Shown: positions 10,474 through 19,931 of the stretch, one piece after another
How the letters are laid out: the number at the start of each line of letters is the position of its first letter
How positions within the stretch are numbered: position 1 is the first letter of the stretch
Origin: Tubiluchus corallicola
Taxonomy: Eukaryota > Animalia > Priapulida
NCBI GenBank assembly: GCA_030141605.1
Contig: JAQGDQ010001939.1
Location: forward strand, 1-19,931
Reading direction: 5' to 3'
Length of the DNA: 19,931 nt
Program-made: the position numbers and the translations under genes
Notes under the pieces: generated by a model
What the model was told of the DNA's origin: nothing
The model's database searches: none
Seen by the model: the letters and a program-made list of their open reading frames with translations, nothing else

Positions 10474-12374
10474 TATTGTAATTTGTCAAACAAAGTATTT
10501 ATGAACGTAGGAAAGTCACAAACACAATGCAGAATGTAACAAGGTAATTAATTTATTTATTTGTTCATTATTTTTGAACTCGTTTTACACAATTTCTACT
10601 CTATGGTCCACAGCTTTATCTAACAAGCTGAAAGTTGATGTTATAATTTTATGATCTGCAATAAACTGACTCTAGCGAGTTCACTTACCAAGTTAACTCG
10701 CCAAGTAACTCGAAAGTGCATTTAGACTAGAAAGTAAAACCTGCAGTGAGTTACTCTCCAACATTAAGGGCGAGCTGATTCCAGAGTAACTCGCCCAGGC
10801 GGTCACATTAGACAGTAAATCACCTCACAGTAACCTATCGGAGCGTTTGCAGTAACTTGCCGACAGTAACTCGCAAAACAGTTCACACTTGCGAGTTACT
10901 GTCAGAAAGAAAACTCGCTTGTCTGAACGCGTCGTTACAGCGAAATTATTATTGATTCTCGTTACTAAACTGAATGACCCAAGTTTAATGGTGCTGGCAC
11001 AAACTCAACTTTAACTGATACAACTTTTAACTGTTTCTTAGCGTGTGTCATAACACGCTTACAATTTTTACTTGCTAGCATCAGATTTTCTCTATAATTT
11101 TAAACGTTCTCAAAGCTTCAGAAAATATTGTAAAAATATTTGCAACGAAAGCTGGGAGGCACGGTACACATACGATTTTTGTTGCACGTGAAGTGTTGGA
11201 CGATAAAATCTTTATATTCTGTATTTCGTCCAATTTTGAAAGAATGGTTATGGCGCAGTCTTTCATACATTGTACAAAGTGGCAAACTCGTAGCAAAAGA
11301 TTATATAATTAATCTTATAATTATTATCGTATTATATAATTCTATAATTAAGTAACAAGTTCTGAGCCTAGGCTAATTTCAAACTTGCGCGCCTACTAAT
11401 AGGTACTCATGGATACTTTAGCTTCAAGATATCACTTTTTGCACGTTGAACACGTGTTTTTGCAGCATCGTTCCCATCATTGCACTAAACTATTTACAAT
11501 AGATCGAAATATTAACTCATCTAATGAACCCTTATCACACACTAATGGTTTTTAAGGCCTGCCTCGAAATTCTGCAAAAAAACAAGTACATTTGCTTAGC
11601 TTATACATTTGCATAGAATGATACGCTTCTACACGTAAAAGCGTCCAGAGATGGTGACAAAATAAGGGACGAAACGGAGTTGTGCCTTACAATTTCAGTC
11701 CTTTCAAGATTTTTATGGATAACAATATTTTTCTACAGAAAAACAAAGAATAAGTAAGCGAGGCATTGGAAAAAGAAGAAGCTAGCAATTAAAGGCAAAG
11801 ACAAGTCATTTAGCTTGTTGGGTTTATTTTACTGTTATCACTTAAACGTAAGAAAAATATAACAAAACGAATCGCAAAAAATTGTCTATAAACCACAACA
11901 CTGCAATACAGAAATTTTCGGACGCTGTGTGGTTGCCTCTATTCCATTATGACGTCACTGGTGAGCTTTGTGACTTTGCATAAGCACATCATGGCTTTCT
12001 GCAAGCGTGTGCTGCTTAAACTAATTCAAACGTCCGAAGCTTACCTAATGTTCATACAAAACTTTCACAAAATTAGCTATGTGGTACATTTTTGCAAAAT
12101 CTTATTATACCTTTGACGGAAGTTGACAATGCGCTGCTTTTTCAGTCGATGAATGACGTCATTGGTGGAAGAAGAGCCGTTGAAAATGGAAGCGCCCAAG
12201 CGTGAAATGATCGCGACTTTAAACTAATTTTACTAATTAAATGATATGCTTATCACACTTTTATTACTAAATCCTTCTAACGTTTTTCGCGAACAAAGAA
12301 ATAAGCCCAACTTGCCGAAAGACTTGGCCTTTTCTTCAAAAACAAGCAATCATGGGAACTCATGGATTCACGGA

Positions 12375-13415
12375 CAGTGGCGGCTCGTAGCTAAAATTAG
12401 TGAGGGTGCTATTTCTGAAAATTTTTAGCCTGTGTAAAATTTTAATACTGTGTAAAACGTAATAAACATACGTAATTTTAATGTTGTAGTTATATTTGAA
12501 GATCGGGTGTTGGATGGCCTCTTTTCTTAACTGCAACTTTCTCATGAAGAGACAACTGTGAAAAATTAAGCTGTTGTAGTTCCCTTACAGTCACAGAACT
12601 CATTTGTTATGAACGCAAGGCGTCCATTATTAGATAATTTATGGTTTAAGCACATGCGCTAAGTTTACACTTAATCATATCCAAGAATATGACGGTACAC
12701 GGTAAGCTAGTGGCAATTGTTACTGTGATAGAGGCAGTGCTTTTCTACCTAGCAGCAACCGCTAGCGTACAGCGTGCTATCTCAGACATGTTTGCATGGC
12801 CACATACGCACAACAGCCAAACACGTTGCTCGGGCTGTGAAGCAAATTGCTTCGCGTGCTAAGGTTCCGTACAAATAGAAAGAAAGAACTAAAGAGAAAA
12901 CTCTTATTATTATTATTGAATATTATCGATAATAATGAGTGGCAATAGGGGCATCGTTCCAATGGTCAGGGAAAATCCTTGAAGATGAAGCTATCCTGGA
13001 AAGTCATGGAAAAGTAAGGGGAAAAGATAATTTGGTAAAAAAATCAGGCTTCGGCAAAACGTCAGGAAATTGGAAAGGGTTGCAAAAATAATCACCGTGA
13101 ACCGATATTTTTCCAAACATATTTTTTACGATTCGTGTTCAAATAAAATTTTGCTACGACAGGCTCCCAGTTTCAATTTCTGTTCCAAAAATAATGATTG
13201 TCCGACACATTATATATCGGTATACGTATGAATGTCCATACTCAAAAATGTTCGAATATGTATACTGGTAATGCAATTTCTATTTATTTTGGTCAGGGAA
13301 AAAATATTTGGTGAGGCAGAAGTTGTGGAAAAATCGGGGAAATTTATTTTAAAATTGTGTGGGAACCCCGGGAAGGTCCTGCAGTACCACAGTAATTATA
13401 CCCGAGCCGCCACTG
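12375..13415. mobile_element. Mirror copy of hAT-like MITE (4442-5482)
   Basis: Termini CAGTGGCGG at 12375 and CCGCCACTG ending 13415. Confidence 0.8.
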
Positions 13416-13510
13416 GTCAGGGGAGTTGAGGAATCAGGGCTATGATTGACCCCGTATTAATTACACAGTTATCTTCGTGTTGCTATGACAACAGCTGCTT
13501 TGATCAGCCT

Positions 13511-13839
13511 TTACTCAGTAGAATAATAATAATAATCAGTGGTAGTAGTAAACTCCTCGGTCGTCGTCAGGTCAGGAGTGTAAGCTTCTGTAGTCGTAGT
13601 TGTCTCTTCGTCATCAATTTGCCTACTGTCCTCTTCCTCCTCTTCTTCTTGTTCGGCGGGCACTGGCACAGTTCTCTCACACATGTAGCTGGCTGATGCG
13701 TCACATCGACCGTCGAAGAAGAGGAAGGCCACGTTGGCGTTCATGAACATACAATTGGCTGTGTTGCCTTCGTTGGGCTGTCCGTAGGCCCAGGCCTCGT
13801 ATTCTACTGGCTTGTCGTGAGATGTCCACATCCAGACAC
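13511..13839 (-). CDS. C-type lectin domain C-terminal half and tail exon, minus copy
   Basis: Mirror of 4018-4346 with identical translation. Confidence 0.9.
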
Positions 13840-13915
13840 CTGCAAGATAGAAGCTAAATGCATAACGAAAGCAGGGTTTTTCTGTTAAGATTATGCCTTG
13901 CTCGATAAAAGGGTC

Positions 13916-14067
<152 letters not shown>

Positions 14068-14550
14068 AGGAAAAAATAATAACATAATAAGCATAGAGAA
14101 AAGGAAAGAAATAGACTCACAGATGAAAAAAAGAAAGGGTACAAAAAGAGAGAGAAATAGAAAATACATCTAAAAAACAGAAAGGAAAAGAAATTGAAGG
14201 AGAAAGAAAAAAACAAGTCGGAAGAAAAACAGAAATATGAGTACAAGCACAAACGCGTGGATAATATCCGCAAAACCGTACACGTATTAAATTGTTTTTA
14301 ATTTTTTTTAAAATCACAGTAAACCAAACAGTGAACCAATAGTTTATGTTGCTTTTGTGTTGCCTTTAGCTGGCATTCTGCAGTGCATCCATACTCATGT
14401 AATCTTACACGAAGCATGGAACGTATCCGGTAAACCAAGACAGTATTGATTTGCTACTAAAACGTTACAAATGGTAACAAACTGCACATTTATAAAGGTG
14501 AACAAATCATCTGGTAACGTGAACAGTAGTAGCAACAGTCCTTCCAGTAC

Positions 14551-14794
14551 CTTCTTCATCGATGTCGCTGGCTGACGTCCAGATGCCACCTGGTGTCATG
14601 TCCTTGAAGTTCTCGTTCATGAAAAGGGTGATTGCCATGTGCTCCTCCGGAGATTCCACACTGACCAGAGTGGAGCCCATGATGTGACATGCAGTGCGCG
14701 CGTCAAACCAGGTGAGATTTGTTGCAAACGCCATGTAGCATGAGACCTCTGTGGCATTCTCTGCCATGAACATCAGAGAACCTTCTGGACACAT
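14551..14794 (-). CDS. C-type lectin domain N-terminal half exon, minus copy
   Basis: Mirror of 3063-3306 with identical translation. Confidence 0.9.
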
Positions 14795-15082
14795 CTGCAA
14801 CAAGGATATTATAATAGTACAGTAATACAAAACCCTATATTTGCTGGGTACGAGCGCACAAATACATATAAAAATACAATACATATTAAAACTCAATACA
14901 TATACACGCACATACAAGTTTTCATACGATATTATACTGTTTGACATTGTCCTTACCTGTTCGAAAGACTTATGTAATTGGGAAAGAGAATTCTTAATAG
15001 TTTAAAATGTTCGCTGTGGAAAACAATTCCAGCGTGCACAACTGATTTAAAACACATTGTTAATCTTATTGACAAAAGAAAG

Positions 15083-15540
15083 CGAGAGAAGGGGAGAGAG
15101 AGAGAGAGATGCAAGGAGAGAGTGAGAGAGAAAGAGAGAGAGAGAGACGCAAGGAGAGAGTGAGAGAGAAAGAGAGAGAGAGACGCAAGGAGAGAGTGAG
15201 AGAGCAAGAGAGAAAGAGAGAGATGCAAGGAGAGAGTGAGAGGGAAAGAGAGAGAGAGAGTGAGAGAGAAAGAGAGAGAGAGACGCAAGGAGAGAGTGAG
15301 AGAGCAAGAGAAAGAGAGAGAGAGATGCAAGGAGAGAGTGAGAGAGAAAGAGAGGGAGACGCAAGAAGAGAGTGAGAGAGAAAGAGAGACGCAAGGAGAG
15401 AGCGAGAGAGAAAGAGAGAGCAAGAGAGAAAGAGAGAGAGAGAGACGCAAGGAGAGAGTGAGAGAGCAAGAGAGAAAGAGAGAGAGTGAGAGAGAGAGAG
15501 AAAGAGACGCAAGGAGAGAGTGAGAGAGAAAGAGAGAGCA

Positions 15541-15584
<44 letters not shown>

Positions 15585-15638
15585 GGAGAGAGTGAGAGAG
15601 AAAGAGAGAGCAAGAGAGAAAGAGAGAGAGAGAGAGAG
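15083..15638. repeat. Compound AG-rich satellite (mirror, different unit arrangement)
   Basis: Mirror of 2206-2775 with unit-level differences. Confidence 0.95.
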
Positions 15639-15839
15639 TAGGCAAATAATGAATAAAGAAAGCAAAATGAAGTAAAAAAAGAAAGAAGCAAAAGAGAATA
15701 AACTGAAAGAAACACGAAAGAAAGGAAAGGAAGAAAACAAAATAAAAGGGAAAAAGAAAACAAATGAAAGATAAAAGGTTTTGCCTGATTGTAGCAAAAC
15801 TGACTTAGCTTAATTTGACACAAACAATTTAACACATAC

Positions 15840-16000
15840 AGACGGCTCTTCTTCCTCCTCCTCTTCCTCTTCGTCTTCTAATTCCTGTTCTTCGTCTCCT
15901 AATTCGTCTTCATCAGATTCTTCTTCTTCATCCTCGAATTCTTCTTTTCTTCTTCTTCTTCCAAAGGCTTCGCTTTCTTCGCCCTCTTCTTCATCTTCAA
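15840..16000 (-). CDS. Poly-Glu exon, minus copy
   Basis: Mirror of 1828-1988 with identical translation and splice sites. Confidence 0.8.
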
Positions 16001-16124
16001 CTGTGTACAAACGCACAAGTTTAATGTTCAAAAAAGAAGAAAAGGAAAGAAGAAAAAATAAGCACATGGTGAAAGCTTTTACATCTTATTTAATTTGCTC
16101 ATATATATAAAGTGAACTTTATAC

Positions 16125-16905
16125 CAGTGGCGGCTCTAAGCTAAAATTAGTGGGGTGCTGCTTCAGAAAAAATTCAAGCCATAGTTTTAAAACTGTGTAA
16201 AACATAACAAACATAAGTATATAATCTTAATGCTGTAATTTGCAATTATAATTTTGAACAATAAAACATACGAACGTTCATACATAAACTGGATAAAATC
16301 CGAAATAAAAAAATATTTTGTCACAGTTCAAACTTGACCCATTCACGGTAAGCACGCGACAACTAACGAAAATCTCTGTGAGCGACAGTACTTTCTCTAC
16401 CTGTACTCAGACACGTGCACGTGGCCGCATGCGCACAACAGCCACACACCAGGTTCCTGGAGCTGTGAGCGTACTGTGCTGGGCTGTGAAGCAAACAGTA
16501 CTACCCTCACGTGCTCTAGTACCGTCAGGGCCTATTTCAAGGGGGGAAAGTGGGGATACTTCCCCGGGGCCTCACCCTCCAGGGGGCCTCGCGCCGAGGT
16601 AACATTATTTTTTTTGCTTTATGCGAACATACTGTATAACTCCATATTTTCTCTTGGAAAATGCTTCTCCGGCGTTCTAGCAGTTCAAAAAATTTCTGGG
16701 CGCCAAACATGGTGACCCCCCCCCCCGAGGAGGCCTCATACACCCCACTTCCCCGAGCCTCGCTTAGGCTGAAATAGGCCCTGAGTACCGTACGATTATA
16801 AAGAAGAGCTAAAGAAAAAAGACATTATATTGAATATCATCCACAATACTGAATGAAAATAGGGGGTGCTGAAGTTCCACAGTACCTATACACGACCCGC
16901 CACTG
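16125..16905. mobile_element. Mirror copy of hAT-like MITE (924-1703)
   Basis: Same termini in reverse complement. Confidence 0.8.
16526..16783. mobile_element. Mirror copy of nested hAT-like MITE
   Basis: TIR CAGGGCCTATTTCA and TSD AGTACCGT on both sides. Confidence 0.92.
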
Positions 16906-16971
16906 GTTCATACCCAAGATCAATTATTCAACGAACATTTATATATATATACATTTCTTTAAGTGAGTTAC

Positions 16972-17906
16972 CAGTTTTGGTTTCTTCTGTTTCTTGTTCA
17001 TCTACATCATCCCTCTCTCTTCTTGCAAGCTGTGCTCTGGAAGGTTTGCCACCAATTCTCTGCTTTGGTCTGCCACTTGGTCGTGTCTGGGCAGGACGGT
17101 CAGGACGTCTTCCAGGCCTGATTCTTTGTTCTTCTTCTCTCTCTTCGTCATCTTCTTCTTCGTATTCTCTTGTCGGTTTCCGTCTACGGTCTTTTGATTT
17201 GTACCTGTCCCGCCCAGCTGGTTGCCTTTGTTCATCAGCTTCATCTTTTCGATCGCGTCTCCGTTGTCCTCTTTCTGTTACCCGTTGTCTTTCGTCCTCG
17301 TCTTTATCATCTCTCCTTCCTATGGGACGTCTGTCATCTCTGTCTTCTCTTCTTCTGGTAGGTCTGTCGTCTCTTCTTTGTTGTCTCTGTTCACGTCTCT
17401 TGCCATCTTGTTTACGGCGAGGTGGTCGTCTCTTGTCAACGCCTCTCCTGCCGTCCTCACCGTAACGATCTTCTCTGTCATCATCATCACCATAACCCTC
17501 ATCTTCATCTTTTTCATACCTGTCACCATATCTGTCATCTTCTCCATATCTGTCACCATATTTATCATCTTTATAACCATCATCTCCATATTTGTCATCA
17601 TCGTAACCTCTGTCTTCATCATAACGGTCATCCTTATAACCTTTAGTCTCACCATATTCATCCTCATCCTTTCCATAACCATCTTCATCTTCTCCATAGT
17701 CATCTTCTTCCTCCTCTTCGCTGTATTCGTCCTCATCTTCACCAGCACTTTGTCCGGTTCCTTCTCCGCCGCCCAAGAAGAACAGCATGAGGTCCTGCTG
17801 TTGAGAGAGTTCCTTTATTTTTAAGCGTTACTTCCTCCTGCATATATTCAACAGTTTCCCTAATGGCGGCCATATTCTCCATTAGCATGTCGTCATTCTG
17901 CAGGCA
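16972..17906 (-). CDS. Large charged low-complexity exon, minus copy, with frameshift at ~17820-17831
   Basis: Acceptor TTTTGCAG|TGC (phase 0) reads CLQNDDMLMENMAAIRETVEYMQEE, then shifts out of the IKELSQQQDLMLFFL frame. Exon length 935 is 928 (phase-correct) + 7. Donor at 16971. Confidence 0.8.
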
Positions 17907-18650
17907 CTGCAAAATAAAACATGTAGGTGCGTATTAATAACTAGGCTATAGCCTAAGGCGCCAAAGTTTGAGGGCATCACAGTTTAGAAAACATTCTTAT
18001 TCTGTTCGGAAAATATGTATACTTTCATATTCGTGCAAACGGCACATTTTATAACACGCCACAGGCAGTTACTGAACGGCGCTTTTATATAAGTGCCATA
18101 TAATGAACAGGTGCAAGGTATTACACAACAATCAGTTGCGCAGCCTGTTTAAACAGCGCTATGCAAACACATGTTATTAATAATGACCACGTAGAAACTC
18201 GGCTAATAGTGTTTCTAATACACCACAAGTAATTGTTTAATCTCTTCTCTATTTATAACAGAGATGGGCGTAACAGAATTATTAGCCTATGGCGTCATAG
18301 AGTCTTGATACGCCCCTGTCGTTGAGCTTGCCTAACTAAAGTTACTTGTGGGACAACTGGTAACGACGTATTTATGGACCTTCTATGTGCAAAATAGCAA
18401 GATCTTCGTTCTGTTATTTTATTTCAACAACTTTAATTCATTTTAAGGTAACGAAGAAGGTGTTTTAAGATTGTTTAAAATTGCATAAAAATGTTTAAGA
18501 AGACATTTCAAATGAGTGCTCTTAAATCAATTGTTTTGGCGAGTCAAAAAGAAGAAAAACGACTGTGGGCACTCATACATCTCTGCGACAGGCAAAATGG
18601 TGTTTAACTTCTATTGTAACATATCCCGGCAGCTTCAACATTCTACTAAC

Positions 18651-18794
18651 CTGTATAATAAGGCTTTGATTAGATCCTATCTGTATAACATTTTCCAAAC
18701 TTTCTATATCAACCATAGAACCTTGTTCCATTTTTTCGGGCTCTTGGGTCGCTGTTGCCATGGCGACGAACAGCAACAATGGCGTCCACATCAT
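18651..18794 (-). CDS. Alternative signal-peptide exon B (48 codons)
   Basis: Acceptor TTACAG at 18804-18799. MMWTPLLLFVAMATA is a hydrophobic leader. Donor CAG|GTTAGT (phase 0). NVIQIGSNQSLII resembles exon A NIVQGGQNNVLTI. Confidence 0.65.
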
Positions 18795-18838
18795 GACGCT
18801 GTAATTTTTTAATATTAATTTATTAAATTCGTCATTAC

Positions 18839-19117
18839 CTTTTCCATGCCACTAGCTAATGCACTAGTGATTGTGAGCACGTTGTTTTGACCACCCTGTA
18901 CGATATTTCCAGTTCCCGTACTTGGTATGGGAGGCACTAGACCAAAACCTTCCTCTTCTGTTTCTTCTACTGGTGCCTCCTCAAAGTCGCCATTTGTGTC
19001 CTCTTCTGATAGGCTTAAGTCTGACGTTTCGTCTTGAATGTCATCTTGTTCTTGTGGAGGTGGCGCCGCTCTAGCGGCAAGGAGAAAGACAGTTGCGAGT
19101 AGGAGAGTTTTCCACAT
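18839..19117 (-). CDS. Signal-peptide exon A (93 codons) of C-type lectin gene, minus copy
   Basis: Acceptor TTGCAG (exon starts 19127) and Kozak-like CACC-ATG. MWKTLLLATVFLLAARA is a signal-peptide-like leader followed by an acidic segment. Donor AAG|GTAATG (phase 0). Confidence 0.85.
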
Positions 19118-19931
19118 GGTGATAAATCTGCAACAGCACCGAATCGACCAAATTAATTAAATGAAGTGATAACAGAATAAAAATATTTTTGTTCTGGTTC
19201 GTTTAACTGTCTGCATTGCCAAAGGTAAAATTTGAAGATTTGTGCCACTAAACATGTTTTTACATATTTGTCGTCATTTTTACAGAGATTGTGCACGGCT
19301 TCACACATTTTCGCTAACGTGTAAGCCTTACATTGCCACCTGTGGCGCTGGCCATGCATAATACTGAGCACCAATGCATAATAGTAACATAGGCCTATTA
19401 CTTAATAACAATGAAACTATGAGAAACCTTGGTGCAAATTGTTTGGAAAGATTTGTAGAAAAATAAGAACAAAAAAAGCAAAATATAGAAGTGTAGCTGT
19501 GTGAAAAGCTGTGTGAAAATGTTTGAAGACGTGTTCTAGTTGAGTGAAAAGGAATGAAAACATGTTACAGCTGTGTGAAAATGTATGAATATGTGTTACG
19601 TGCAACCACGCGGAAACAAGCCAGTGGGCACGCATGCGCAGTTCTGGGCAAGAACAAGGGTTGTAAAGCATATGGCAATTACAATACACGCATGTTACAG
19701 CATGTCTTATTTGTCAGTTATTGCTTTCGCTAAACATAGATGGCGCCACACCAGTTGATGTTGTTGCAGATTAATCTTCATGAGTTCAAAGCAGAAGCTA
19801 GAAACCCAAGCAAAAGTCGGAAAACCTATATTAGCGCAAACTAGGAAGTTTATGTAGGCCGCAAGCTCAAGCCAGAAAATAACTAAAAATCTTCGAGCTA
19901 AAAGTCCAACCACAAATTACAGAGCCTACTT

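Noticed and set aside
19335-19750. CTCF-like motifs (CAGGTGGCA on the minus strand, TAGATGGCGC), GTGTGAAA repeats and a possible promoter or first exon
   Set aside because: Only partial motif matches. No promoter or non-coding exon can be placed from sequence alone.

Overview
Eukaryotic (invertebrate-animal-like) genomic DNA with GT-AG introns, CT microsatellites and several small non-autonomous DNA transposons; no prokaryotic features. About 90% of the window is one very large, nearly perfect inverted duplication: left arm ~10-8494, 867-bp unique spacer 8495-9361, right arm 9362-17819. The duplication may extend beyond the left edge. Each arm carries a copy of a multi-exon gene for a secreted protein with a very long charge-patterned (D/E/Y/G-rich, then R/D-rich) low-complexity region, a long-form C-type lectin domain and a Thr/Glu/Tyr tail. 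The two copies are convergent. The minus-strand copy has all coding exons inside the window, including two homologous, apparently mutually exclusive signal-peptide exons only 40 nt apart. It also carries a net +7-nt frameshift lesion that the plus-strand copy lacks. An assembly artefact (haplotype fold-back or amplification chimera) cannot be excluded from sequence alone.
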